From Setoptus koraiensis (taxonomy: Eukaryota > Animalia > Arthropoda), in the NCBI GenBank assembly GCA_048013815.1, contig CM106586.1, forward strand, positions 11,780,001 through 11,844,000: a DNA stretch of 64,000 bases. The letters run 5' to 3'. Below are positions 1 to 12,515 of this stretch, one piece after another. The notes beneath the pieces are model-generated. The model made no database searches and was not told the DNA's origin. It saw nothing but the letters and a program-made list of their open reading frames with translations. Both the position numbers and the translations under genes were made by a program. Position 1 is the first letter of the stretch. The number at the start of each line of letters is the position of its first letter.

Positions 1-2189
1 GCACATATCTGATCAATCTGATGAAGAAGTGTATCAAAATTTCTTGGCTGACTTTTGTCCGATGATCCCGCACATTGAATTGACGCACAAAAAAATTATC
101 AAGAGTTGTATGCTATTTCCTACATGTAAGCTATTCACATGTATTTTTGTACTCTTGTAAATTCGCTAAACTGACTGCGGAAGCATTGTGCGTAGATTCT
201 CGCCTATACGTCTTCATCATGATCTTGAGTTTTTTTACAATCGAACTGCTAGAACACTACTGTGACCACATTTAATGGATGAAGGTTACGCAATGCTCGT
301 GGTATAAGTTACTTATGGTGTCATAGTGTTCGTGTGGAAATGTATTTATGCGGAACAGCATGAGTAATTGCTAACACACACAAACTTTGCAGAGTATCCC
401 TTAGATATATTATATGATATTATATGATATATTATGTTATTGAATTGTAAATAGTCGCTAGAAACAATTGAAGGGTAACCACACGCTAGTGTGCAAATAT
501 AATTCTATCCATTGGAATATCGAAATGAAGTTTTAGTCGTAGAAGCTATATTTACATGCGCTCTAAAACACTGGAAACTTTCAGCTCATTTTGAGTTTGG
601 GCCTACCATTCAGCCACCGAGCAGGGGTCAAAGTTTTATTATTGCGAATGTTATTCATTAGGTGCAATCATCATGCAACTAGGTGAATAACAATTGAAAA
701 CAACAGAAATAGTTTCATTGATGATATATCACGGACAACACCCTCAGCCTCACATATGATTTGTACTGGCTCTTATGAGTTGTGTGCCTTTAGATCATAA
801 ACACGAACAGTTCCATCAACTGATCTGGCCAGTACTACATCGTGACAAATACATATGAATAGGGCCGGGCTCAGAAATCTTTTCAATATTTTTCCTGTGG
901 TAACATCACAAATGATAATATTCTTACACTGTATATTTGCCACAAGCTAACTTCCAACAATCTAATTCAGCTCAACAATCTATAAGGCCTCTCGAGTGTT
1001 CAGGAGATGTTTTGGTAAGGAGTTGTGTGATCGCATTCCAGAGTTTAATTGAGCGATTGCTACAAGAGCATCCTGACCATCAGCTAATTTGGTTGTGTTC
1101 CAGGATCGTGTGAGGTTTGAGGTATTTTTGTTCAAGCAGTAATCAAATACCGAGATGTAAGTTATGATGCTGAACGTTTTCAATCGTCGATATCTCCAGC
1201 ATGGGATGAATCGGCAAGTTGCATCTTGTCGCTATGCAATATGCAAGCCACGTTGTTTCTCTTTGTTTCAAATTTTGTCCATTTGTGATAATGGGTCGGC
1301 AAGTTATCTTATCGGAGGGGCCGAATTGAGGCCCTTTTGAAAGAAAGAGGTCATATTCCATCATTCTGAGAGAGTTAAAAGAGGAGAATTTCATTGTATC
1401 CAAAGGTTCTATATCTGCAATTAAGAATTCAATGGGAAAAGTCAGGGTCCGGCTCGGTAGATTCATGAGAAAGAATAAAATGTGAAAAAAACGCAGAAAA
1501 TACCGAGGTGGACCTCAAATCGCAGACAGAGGAGTCCTTTTTTGCTCACTCGGCATGATTTGTTCACACTCTGTGCCGAACATCCTTCGATGATCAGTCT
1601 GAAAATACCTCTTCCATATGAAGGCCCGAAAGTCTATCTTGTTTTAGATTGTTTTCTTTTGTTTGAGGCGTGTCAGGCATCACTTCAGGTAGCACAATCT
1701 CCATCCGTCCAACTTATATCGTTACCGCTTGGTGAAGTTTCCCGGAGTCTCTTTGAATGGGTCCTCACTGTGGCCCTTAAGTCACATAGACTTAAAAGAA
1801 GCATGAATCGACTTGGTTTGTTCTGCACTAAAATATGTCAATAAAATAAAGATAGAAAGTATTTCCAAGAAAGCCAAAAATGAAAAAAACACATTTTCTT
1901 GCAGGTTTGGACCCAATTTGGGGTCCCATCGCTTTGACACGCAGCCCTTACAGCCGGCCCGCCTAATATTGAAGCTGGTCTCAGCCAACTAAAATAGTGA
2001 TATCGGCTTAATTGAAACCATGCCGCAAGGGCGAAAAACGCAAGAAATGGCAACTAGTCGACATATTTCTTAAGATATCTACTCCATCTAGAAAACTCTG
2101 GAACTTACACTCGATACTTTGTGCTGCCTTTCACACCGTGAACTTTAAATCCCACCCGTTGGGATGTGGAACTTTCGTCTCTATAACAG

Positions 2190-2340
2190 TTATAAGGGAG
2201 ATTTGATCTTCCTTGGTCTTACATTGAGTTTAGTTTGCAAGGTTTTATCTACATATCTCCAGTCACATCCTATTTGGCTGGCTGCTTTCCTGGCGCTGAT
2301 ATTGTCAGTGTTGTCCAACTGTTGTTTGAAAGTTTGCAAT
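2190..2340 (-). mobile_element. Degenerate fragment of the DD37E ITm transposase (HTH region), same family as 62092-63126
   Basis: Minus strand reads LQTFKQQLDNTDNISARKAASQIGCDWRYVDKTLQTKLNVRPRKIKSPL*, versus LQSLKQQFDNTDNISARKAASQIGCDRRHVDRTLKTKLNIKPRKKIKCPY in the 344-aa transposase. The DNA aligns by eye to about 62765-62915, with a small deletion and an in-frame stop. Confidence 0.85.
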
Positions 2341-3380
2341 CATCTCACATTTTGGATTTTGGAAGAGGGAACTCTCCTGGGGAAATCTGAAGTGTATTAT
2401 TAGCCACAACATACCATTTTTCGTTCACTAAGGAATAAAAATATGATTAAAGATGCTCTCTCCGGAGAATTCCAGGAGATAGCTTTAAAATGTGAGATGG
2501 GAGGGGACATCGGTAGCTCCCACTTGTGAGACGCTCCCCCGGTCATTCTCACTTTTTGGTCCCTTATGGCTATAGTGTGCAGAACCAGAAGCTGCGTTTG
2601 CAGGCATCTGCTTTCCGTCGCATACGAAGGTGATATCTCCCTTGGAAGTCATCAATTGGGCAGCTAATTGCAAAGCGTTTCAATCAGGCACGACGACCAA
2701 CTTCCCAATTGAAATCCTCAATGCAGCGTGAACAGTAGAGAGTAGGTGGCGGGGATGAGATTCTTCTCATATATTTCTGGACCTACGTCCACTTTGCCGA
2801 TGAGTCCCGAGCAGCTCAGTCGATCTCAGGATAGTAGTGCGACTGTCAGTATGGAACGAAGACTGGACGCATCTGCAGCCATGTTGCGTCCGCAAAATAA
2901 ATAAAGGATGAACAGTCGGTCGATTTTTCGGATATCTACTTCATTAAGCAGCCATGCATTACAAGTGCCCATCTGGATATGTGCCGTGATTAGCCCTCTC
3001 CGAATCCTTTATGGGTTCATTATAATTTTTCACATCAGCCAGGTTATTGCCTGGCATGCCAAAACACATATATCGACATATCTGTGTGGGACCCTCTGTA
3101 TTTATGTGTAGGGTGTTTGCAAAAAGGGTTGCATCTGAAATGAAAAAAGCTATGCTGGCTTTCGCTGATGCACTGTGCAAGCTCGAACATCGGTATGCTG
3201 CCGCGACAACGACAGCATGCGCGCAGTGCGCGCTCTCAAATGCAACTATTTTTGAGGACGCCGCACAAACAACAAACATACGGATATTTGATGCTCATGG
3301 AGATTGGGTAAAGGTTTATCTCTCACCAAGCGCCAATCATTCGCCCCCAATCTCCGCCAACGTGCCATCAATCAACCGAA

Positions 3381-4112
3381 ATGTCTTTTACTGTCACGAG
3401 GTCCAGCAGGAATTTGTTGTATCTAATAGCCCAGTCAACTTCATGCAAGTCGTTATTTGTGATACCAAAGAATAGACCTTTTTCACTGACAGAACGAGGA
3501 TATAATTGCTGGAATTGCCATGCCTCCTTACCATCAAAATCAGTCATACTGAAATGTGATCGTTGCAATGTCCCCCAACCGCTGTCTAAGCAAAATGTCG
3601 ATCGTTTTCATTTGTTCAATATTGACCATTCATATGATGTAAACCTGAAATTACTTCAAAATGAGTTCTATCGTCTACAAAATCTATTACATCCAGATAA
3701 ATATGTTAGTGAGTCAGAAACTATCCAGGATATTGTCTCAGATGTTTCATCCTACATAAATAGTTCATATCAAATTTTGTCAGATCCATACGAGCGAGCA
3801 AAATACCTACTGATTTTGAGGACTGGTCAGCAAATTGATGATGAGTCTATCCAATCAACAGAATCTAGTCAACAACAAAATGCGGAATTTCTCGACTGGA
3901 TAATGGACTTGAGAGAAAGAATCGATTGTTTAGACCTTCTCGAGCAATCTCAGAAAGACAAACTATACAGAGAATTGGTCGAAGCGAACGACAAAACACT
4001 TGAGGATTTGTCAGATAACTTTGCCTCTAACAATCTAGACGCAGCAAGAAGTAATCTAGGAAAACTGAGGTACTTAATGAATGCCTTAAATTTATTCAAA
4101 CAGAAACTCTAG
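3381..4112 (+). CDS. HSCB: Mitochondrial iron-sulfur cluster co-chaperone HscB/Hsc20 (J-domain protein), intronless
   Basis: Basic N-terminal presequence-like segment, tetracysteine CWNC...CDRC..PQP motif, J-domain with HPD (LHPDK), YINSSYQILSDPYERAKYLL, and HscB C-terminal domain FLDWIMDLRE...LGKLRY. Confidence 0.95.
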   Translation: MSFTVTRSSRNLLYLIAQSTSCKSLFVIPKNRPFSLTERGYNCWNCHASLPSKSVILKCDRCNVPQPLSKQNVDRFHLFNIDHSYDVNLKLLQNEFYRLQNLLHPDKYVSESETIQDIVSDVSSYINSSYQILSDPYERAKYLLILRTGQQIDDESIQSTESSQQQNAEFLDWIMDLRERIDCLDLLEQSQKDKLYRELVEANDKTLEDLSDNFASNNLDAARSNLGKLRYLMNALNLFKQKL

Positions 4113-4496
4113 ACTAAAAAATATTTAGTTTTCTATCACCTCACTTTATTACTAGCTCTATTACCTATTCTTTACTGTATAATTGTGTAATCTCTGCTCT
4201 TATTGAAGAGAATATTTCAGTCTTTATATTGTCACCTAGGTATTAAGTATTTATTTGCATTCTGTTAGAAAAGTCCTGCCTCTAATCAATGTTCTTAATT
4301 AAAAATAATTTACTGTTATATACTTCCATATCGTCCGAATGTACATGTTGATTATTTACATAATTTATAAGTGGAAGATTACCAGGTCGATACCAGATAA
4401 TTCTAGTCTAATTGTTTTACTTAATCGTTATAAACTACTGTCTCTTTGCTAGTGCTGGGCTAATTGTCACAATATCTTACTTGTTTCTTGTCTTGT

Positions 4497-7400
4497 CTAA
4501 ATCAAACGTTCTGTCGGAGGCACTTTCAGTATAGTATCTGCAAACATTCGTTCGCCGTAGATTTCTTCGGTTTGCGGAGAGTAGGTTCCTTGAGTGGCTC
4601 GGGCCCTTCTAACACTTTTAAATATTATCAATGATACTACGGCACATGTTGCCAATAACAAACCAATGCATGCTACAACCACGAATAAAATAATATCAAA
4701 TGGTTTATGGGGTGCCTGATGTTGACAAACAATACCAACGAATCCTTCTGGACATAGGCATCTGTATCCGTTACCGTCTAAGTTATAGCAAGTACCACCA
4801 TTTTGACATAACAGTCCTTCATATTTATCGCAACTAGTTATAGCCTCACACATGGCACTATCCATTGTCCTATAATCGATGTGTGGTAAACAAGCACAAG
4901 TTCTATTTTGAATACACTGTGAATTCTTCTCATTGCACTCGTTGAAACAGGTTCTTTCCCATTCACAGAGTTTGCCAATACGTGAAGATGGGCATTCGCA
5001 ACTAAAACTTGAACTTCCGTTTGATTTGCCTATAGGTGTTTTTCAACATTTTTGTTAGAATAAATTTAGAATCAATATACAAATAGGGACTGATAGAATA
5101 TTTTGGTAATCAATCAAAGGATCTCTGTGACTGTTTACTTACAAGTTCCTGCAACGCAGGGTCGTTTAGCCAAACAATGGTCGGATATATTTTCGCAAGC
5201 TTTACCTAATAGAAGAAAGGAACAAGTTATTAATAGAACAAAACAATAAATTAATAGTTGAACAAAATTTGACCTAGAGAGGTGCCATTCCAGCATTGAT
5301 ATATGAGCCAATATTTATAGTAACCAAAATAAGATAGATCAATGACAAGTCTATGTCTGTCAAGTAGTCATAACAATACAATCCAGTTTGTTTAGGCACA
5401 CACATTTTTTCTGCTAGATAACGCTAGTCAACCAATGGATGGTTTATTACTAGTATCATCGTAATGCAATTGAGTAGATTTATGTGGTTTATTGTTTCAC
5501 ACATAATGTGCTTGTCGGCAATCAGATCTGTTCATCAGTTCAATCTGATATAACAATAATCTGTTATAATATATCTATCTATATTATCGAGCAGTCTGAG
5601 CGAAGATCGCTCGGCAGCTCTTTGTTTGTCGACGATCAATAATTATTAATGGCATCATAGACCAAATAAAGTCATGGAGTGAAAGTCACTTACCACTGAA
5701 GCCGGGGTCGCAATTGCATTGGTAACCTCCAATAGTGTTTTCACATTGGCCATGAATACATGGAGACGATCTACATTCATCAACGTCCTCTTCGCAATGT
5801 ACACCTAATAATAAATAAAGAAATGATTACTGACGGAAATCTCGACTAAAAGAGTCTCATGGTGCTCGAAATCGAGGCAGCAGAACATACCTGTAAATGT
5901 GTTAGGACAGTTGCAAGAAAATCCATCTGTATTATATACATCACATTGTCCATTGTTTAAGCAATCGTTCTCAAAACATACAAGACAACGCTCAGGATCA
6001 AAGTTCGAATGCGTAACATTGAATATGTGATTTGCTCCATCTCCGTAATTATAGAATGGCAAAAGATGATTGTTGAGCCTAATTTGCATGAGACAACCTT
6101 TGAATGGACTTTGTTCACTTGTAGAGCGAGCTAAAACAATCCGATGAACGTCTGTCAAATGCAGACCAACATGGAATTCGTGCTCCCTGCCATCAAGTAG
6201 ATCTTCTGTATTGTTGGATAATTCAATTGAGCTTCCATTCAAGTATAAACCAGTCTCATTTAATTGCAGTTCCGCAATTGACTGTGAAGTTACAAAACTT
6301 AGTATGACACCGCCCTTCACACTTCTGTATTTAACTTTGATCTCTTCAAGCTTGAATTTTCTATGATCCCCTACCAGAGAGTATTCGGCGTAATGTTGGT
6401 ATCCGTCAAAAGATGCATTGATTTGGCAGTCGTAAGAGCCATCAATATTGTCTAAGCATTGTGCGCTTGATTTAGTGCAGAGATCTGTGTGTGCTCTAGA
6501 GTAACATTTTTTCTTTTCCTCGCAATTGACACCCTGGTAGTCTTCGGGACATTCACATTTGTAGCCTGCGTATTGGGAGTAGTTGAAGTTGTTGGGAAGT
6601 GTATCATGTCTGTTGTGTAGATTCAGCGATTTTTCAAGGCAAGTGCCCCCATTTAGACATGGATTCTTTTCACATTCTTTTATATCAATTTCGCAGTTAG
6701 TTCCTGTGAAGCCATCATGACAGTCACATTTGAAACCATTAATGAGATCTACACACCTATGAGCTGTTGGCAAACACGGTTTAGATTCACAATCGTCTAT
6801 ATTTGTCTCACAATGATCTCCCTTATAACCTGTTGAGGCACAATCGCAAGTGTACTTGTTAATTCCATCTATACACGTGCCATTATTAAGGCAAGGTCTA
6901 GAATTACAATCATCTATATTGATCTCACACTTATCACCTCTGAAGCCATTCTGACATTGGCATTCGTACCTTGATATGTAATTTATACAGGTGGCATTGT
7001 TGGCACATGGATTGTCTTGGCACATATTTATCTCGGATTCACAACGTTCCCCCCTGTAACCTGGCAGACAATCACATTCCAAATCGCCGCCTTTCACTCT
7101 GCAGGTTGCATTATTGAAACATGGATTGGGTGCGCATAGATCTACAACAATCTGGCACTTAAGGCCAGAGTATCCTGAGGGACAAAAGCATTGTTTATTG
7201 ACGCAAATGCCAGTGTTGCAATCTGAGTTGGCGGAACATCGGGTATCTTTGAGCTTGCTCCTTAGCGGTGCCGAGGTTTGGATGAGTGGCCCGGGAGTTG
7301 AAAGTCTTGGCAATGCTGTGCGATTTGATGGTACAACTGTGAGGGCGTTTGGGGTGGCAGTGTTGTTAGTTGGCGCAGTGGTAACGATTAAAAATTGTGA

Positions 7401-7964
7401 TGCATCAATCGGGCTCTTGGTAGTAGTTGTTGGTGTAGCCGAGCGATTTAAAGATTCAGTCTGAGCTACGATGGGACTAAATGAAGGAGTTGATGTTTCA
7501 CCTACCGCCAATGGAATTGATACGGGCAGGCTAGATAGTGTGGTGGTTGGTATTGTGTTTACAAAAATGGGTGCCACTTCTATTGTAGGAGGTTGCCTAG
7601 TAGTCATGGAGACTTGTGTTGCAGTTCCAGAATGACCTAGTGGAAGTCTGGTAACTGGCACTCTTGAAAATTGATCGGTGATAGAGACGGCTGGCTTAAA
7701 TGGGACGATTCTTGTTGTTTCTGTTAGTGGAGTTGGTCTTGTAGTTGAGGTCCCGTGGGGTTCGTTGAGAAAAATTGATGGCTGAACCTGTTGATTGCCG
7801 CCATTGTTTAGTAAATTGATGCTGGACGTTTGCGTTGATTGCATGGATGGTGGGGCATTGTTGTCGTTTATCACAGGTGAGAATGTAGTGTCTGCGAAAC
7901 TGGTGTGCAAACATTGACACACCAGTATCAGGTGTATTATTGAAACAATCAAAATTCCCTTCAT
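4497..7964 (-). CDS. crb: Crumbs-family apical polarity transmembrane protein, about 926 aa, 4 exons
   Basis: Exons 7964-5891, 5804-5694, 5205-5143 and 5029-4497 are joined by GT-AG introns and total 2781 nt in frame. Signal peptide, S/T/P-rich stalk, about 11-12 EGF repeats (one with the long Crumbs-type CLEKS...YAGYKCEC insertion), one laminin-G-like region, TM helix, and a tail with FERM-binding GTYSP..EE and terminal PDZ motif ERLI. Confidence 0.93.
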
Positions 7965-9689
7965 TGGCAGTGTTATTGAGTATTAAGAATACGGGCGGAG
8001 AAAACAGAAAGAGAGAGGACGTTAGAAGACGGCTGGTTGCATCGATCGGTAGATTAGGGTATCAACAGGTAGCCTAATATCCTGTCATACTAACCATAAC
8101 TCGGTGAGCTTAAATGTTTTCGAATTCGGTGTGATTGTCATCAGTGAGTGGTAGTCATAGTTCGAGGTGCAATTGTGTCGATCCGATTAGGAACATCAAG
8201 AGGTTGCCGTATAATAAATAATAAATAAAATATTGGTCGTTGGAATGGTGGCGAAGTAAGCTGGCAATCTATGATAAAGATGCGCTCCTATCCTTTGTAC
8301 AAATAGTAATTGTAATACTGTCGAGTCAAAGGCGACGATATGTGAATGATGTAAATAATGGTAGAGGTTGTAAAAAAAGGAATTACGTAGTTGTGATCGA
8401 TAATTTTAAATAATTCCGAATGCGTGAGTGTAAACAACAACAGATTGTTGTGGTGTTGTGGTTATTTTTCTCTTTGTGAACACATTCCTGTGCTACCACA
8501 GTGGTAGTGGCACTTCGATTAAAAAGAAATAAAATATTCAAGCTCACTTGATCTGCGCAGAAGAATGTTCGCTCGGCACACAACTTGCGGTCGCTGATTC
8601 GGGTCAGAATTCGAATGACGATGATCGCGTTACGTTCATCATTATCGGACAACCACTATGCACCTAGATGCCACACTACTTCAGTAGCACCACATGTATC
8701 TCACAAAATCTAGCTAACATGGTGCATGTATGGATTTTATAACTGCATTACATCGAACCATGAAACATACAAACCACTGCTTGCACTTGTTCCTTTATCA
8801 TACAGGCTCTATGTACTGTGTGAGGTTTCCCCAATGGCTCTTTACCGGATTCGACACATGTCCGCAAGAGGCGCTGGCATCGCCAAATTTGTGCAGCCGA
8901 ACGCAAACTGTTTCGTTAAATATCCTCTCCAGTTGATTGCTTTGCGCACTGCGAGAGCAGTGTGCTCTAAAAGCGAAGCGAACACACGCATGCCGGCGCA
9001 TGACTATTTGCAGTGATTTTTTGTAGTCCTGCAGATAACTGGTCCTGGTGATCAACTGCTATGCCGCTCATGGAAAGCACGTAGCGTCGCCCTGGCGGAT
9101 CACAATTGAATCCGGAGAAAAGCTATGGGGAAAAATCTCACACAAAACACACGTAAGAAAATGAGCAAAATTTGTTGAACAAGATTGCACAGAGAGTACA
9201 ACACACCAGTGTTATAGGCTGATTGGGCTTTCTCAGAAGTCTCAACTTGAAACCCGCAATGCATGCCCAGACTGCGCGCACACATACAGGCACATAAAAA
9301 AAAAGACAGACACATTCGTATTTATGCATGTGAGATGGTCCGTCTGTGCGTGCTTAGGTGTGTGTGTCATAGTGAGCCAGTCTCTATGCGTGTGCGTTTG
9401 TTATTCTCAAGCTGGACGCCAATGTTCAAAAATTGTGCACTCTGTACTGTACTAGTACACACAGTATACAATGCACGAAGCAGATGTGCCCGATGATGAG
9501 CAGTTCAACAAACAAATGCATTATGCATATTCCGATACACCGTGCACGCATTATTTAACGTCAGCTATCTAGAAAAATCATTACCAATTATAGTATTTAT
9601 ATATCGTAACTCAACAACAACATTAACAGCAATTACTAAAAAAACATCTATGTCAATGTATTAGAATTTCAATGATATTATAAAAAAAC

Positions 9690-10349
9690 ATGGAAGCTGT
9701 AGCGAAACATGATTTCAATGCCAGTGCCGAAGATGAATTAAGTTTCAAGAGAGGGGATATTTTAAAAATTATCAATATGGTGGACGATGACTGTTGGTAT
9801 AAAGCTGAGCTAAATGGTCACGAGGGATTGATACCATGCAATTACATTGATATGAAAGAGCACAGCTGGTACTATGGTCGTATAACACGAGCTGATGCCG
9901 AAAAATTATTAAAAAGCAACGATCAAGACGGAGCCTTTCTTGTTCGCGTCAGCGAATCCAGCCCTGGTGACTTCAGTTTAAGTGTCAAATGTGCTGATCA
10001 GGTACAACATTTCAAAGTACTCAGAGATCAGAATGGAAAATTTTTCTTATGGTGTCAAAAGTTCGATAGTCTGAATGCTCTCATCGAACATCACCGAAAT
10101 GCATCAGTTAGCCGCCATAGTACAATTGTTTTAAAAGACATGAATGAGTCCAACAACCAATTCCTAGTTAAGGCGCTATATGACTTTGTACCTTCAGCTC
10201 CAGAAAGAGAAGATGGCGAACTGGAATTTCGGCAGGGTGAATTAATTGTTGTTTTCGATAGAACAGACAATAATTGGTGGGGAGGTATGATCGGAGAAAG
10301 GAGAGGATATTTTCCGGCAACCTACGTTAAACCATATGAGAAACATTGA
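9690..10349 (+). CDS. drk: GRB2/Drk SH3-SH2-SH3 adaptor, intronless
   Basis: [19 protein letters not shown] (SH3), [12 protein letters not shown]...[17 protein letters not shown]...QHFKVLRD (SH2), ALYDF...WWGG...GYFPATYV (SH3); 219 aa. Confidence 0.98.
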   Translation: MEAVAKHDFNASAEDELSFKRGDILKIINMVDDDCWYKAELNGHEGLIPCNYIDMKEHSWYYGRITRADAEKLLKSNDQDGAFLVRVSESSPGDFSLSVKCADQVQHFKVLRDQNGKFFLWCQKFDSLNALIEHHRNASVSRHSTIVLKDMNESNNQFLVKALYDFVPSAPEREDGELEFRQGELIVVFDRTDNNWWGGMIGERRGYFPATYVKPYEKH

Positions 10350-10661
10350 CCATTTTAACTTGTACAAATAAAATATACATTTTATTTAAAGATTTGTATT
10401 AACTTTGATAATAAACATGAGCTACAGTAACGGACAAATGTTCATTTAGTTTTTTTTTTTCAAAGATAATCTTTGTTGAGTGCAAAATAAATTTATATGG
10501 CTCTCAAGATAGGTAGACATGAGATTGGAGGCAAATGAGGTCAGAAGTTATTGAATTAAATTTTCATGACATTTGTGTGAAATGGTGATTTCTGTTTGTT
10601 ATTACTTATCCGCTTCAAGTGCATTTGATTTTGTTGTTACATCACGATGAAATTTCTTGAG

Positions 10662-12515
10662 TTACGCAGTTCGGCTGTCGGCGCCTATCTCCTCAAACAA
10701 ATTGAGCAAATTTCTCGGTCTCGCCCTAATTATTGAACTACCAGAGTGAGATTTGTCGTGCATGTTTGAATATGTATTACTGTTGGTTATAGATTTTTGT
10801 AAACAATGATCATCGTCAATTGATGTATCAGACGAACGTCTACTATGGTAGTCATCAAAGTTTAATAAATCGTCGTCACCGAAACTATTGTCCAGAATGC
10901 TGACATCAGACGCGTGAAACTCCGGACGTTGAGGGTTGCAAATCGAGTTCATCGAAGCCGAGTCGTTAGATGAATTGACAATGAACGAGGAATGTGGGCT
11001 AAGATGTTGATCTTGATGTGCTTCTCCATCATTGCTATCTGGAGTCAATCTACACCGATCGTATGTATCTGTATGGCCGATCTTAGTGAAGATAGACTTA
11101 CTTTTGTTTACAAAATTAACCGTTGCAATCATCATAAGTGTAATGGCAGATGTTATCAGGTAATATAAAAATGATATGTTGTTTCTAATAGACCTTATTG
11201 TGGTTAGATATGTAGTTTGTAGCTTTCGCTTTGTAACCATTGATTGGACCTTATTGATTTGTAGTATGTCATTTATAGTAGGCCGCTTTGTGTAGTCAGC
11301 TTCCATCATCTGTTTGATAACTTGGATTAGATCGTCACTTAAACCATTGAAATAGGAGTCGTCAATTTGGTTGTGACGTAACATATGATATACTTCGCCT
11401 CCTTTAGGTAAATCCATTCCTGAGGCAATCTCGAAAATAGTTATACCAAGACTGAAAATGTCCGCAGCTTTGGTGAATTTGCCCTGCATTGTCTCGCTCG
11501 CCAAATACTTTGAGTCGCCCTCATCGATTGAATCGGAATCGTCAGACCTTGAGATATTGGCGTCGCAACTGTTGTCTAAACCGTGATCCATCGCAGATGA
11601 TGATACAATTTGGTGGAAATAGTTTTGATCTATCGGACTACCGAAGCAACTAAAACTGTTGTTATCTTTGTTGACTTTGTTCAATTGAGGTTTGATTGAT
11701 CTTCTATTCTCGGGGCGATTTAAATGACTATTGTTACTGCTGTATCTCGAACCATTCATATTTTGTAAGCCGTTAGGCGTTGACGCTATGGCACCTTTTT
11801 TCAAGTCGTACATGAGACCAAAGTCGCCGAGTTTAGCAATATTGTCAAATGATATAAATATGTTTTCAGGTTTTATGTCCAAATGGATGAGATCATGATC
11901 ATGTAGATGCTTCACAGCAAGCAACAAGTCAACCATATATGTCCAAACGACATCTTCGGGTAATTTGTTATCTTCGGCACTTTCAATTATTTCGTTCAAG
12001 CTAGTCTTACACAATTCTGTTTGAATGTAAAGTAATCCGTCTTCTTCCCAGCTTTTGATATACTTGACACAATTCTCATGTGGCGGTAGAAGCTCATGAT
12101 TTCTCACTTCTTGTAGCTTACGTTGACGATCAGCTCTACCCTGGAAAGGGAATCGTGATTTTTTAATGGCATAATATTGACCATTGTCCAAAGATTTTGC
12201 GCTATATACATCGGCGAAGTGGCCACTGCCAATTTTTTTCACATGCTCATAATGGTTATCTAATCTTCGTATCCGTGAGTGACGGGTCTTGTGTATCCAG
12301 CGCTGTACAGACTTTGATGGAGGCCTCGGTGGTATTATTTTGGATGATGGTGTGGATGTACGACATTTTTTTGATAATAACAATGATGACTCGTTGAAGA
12401 CATCTGGATTAGGTCGCGGTGTCTTGACAGATGGAGTGAGTGTCTGATTGAAGTTAGAAGTATCCGAATGTTTGTATCGCGAATGCATGTAAGAGTTCTC
12501 ATGAGGGTAATCCAT
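10662..12515 (-). CDS. Myt1: Membrane-associated Cdk1-inhibitory kinase Myt1 (Wee1 family), about 617 aa, intronless
   Basis: [75 protein letters not shown], followed by a hydrophobic TM segment (ISFLYYLITSAITLMMIATV). First ATG is at 12515; the ORF track start at 12533 is a TTG. Confidence 0.95.
   Translation of the reverse strand: MDYPHENSYMHSRYKHSDTSNFNQTLTPSVKTPRPNPDVFNESSLLLSKKCRTSTPSSKIIPPRPPSKSVQRWIHKTRHSRIRRLDNHYEHVKKIGSGHFADVYSAKSLDNGQYYAIKKSRFPFQGRADRQRKLQEVRNHELLPPHENCVKYIKSWEEDGLLYIQTELCKTSLNEIIESAEDNKLPEDVVWTYMVDLLLAVKHLHDHDLIHLDIKPENIFISFDNIAKLGDFGLMYDLKKGAIASTPNGLQNMNGSRYSSNNSHLNRPENRRSIKPQLNKVNKDNNSFSCFGSPIDQNYFHQIVSSSAMDHGLDNSCDANISRSDDSDSIDEGDSKYLASETMQGKFTKAADIFSLGITIFEIASGMDLPKGGEVYHMLRHNQIDDSYFNGLSDDLIQVIKQMMEADYTKRPTINDILQINKVQSMVTKRKLQTTYLTTIRSIRNNISFLYYLITSAITLMMIATVNFVNKSKSIFTKIGHTDTYDRCRLTPDSNDGEAHQDQHLSPHSSFIVNSSNDSASMNSICNPQRPEFHASDVSILDNSFGDDDLLNFDDYHSRRSSDTSIDDDHCLQKSITNSNTYSNMHDKSHSGSSIIRARPRNLLNLFEEIGADSRTA

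Noticed and set aside
1-2060. Short ORFs (980-1183, 1143-1466, 1482-1844) as transposase or helicase remnants
   Set aside because: No diagnostic motif recognised and no matching TIR pair; probably TE debris but unsupported.
3047-3475. 142-aa ORF overlapping the HscB 5' end
   Set aside because: No recognisable homology, and it overlaps a confident gene out of frame.
8290-8335. miR-8-like seed TAATACTGTC in a small hairpin
   Set aside because: The stem is too short and the seed falls in the loop.
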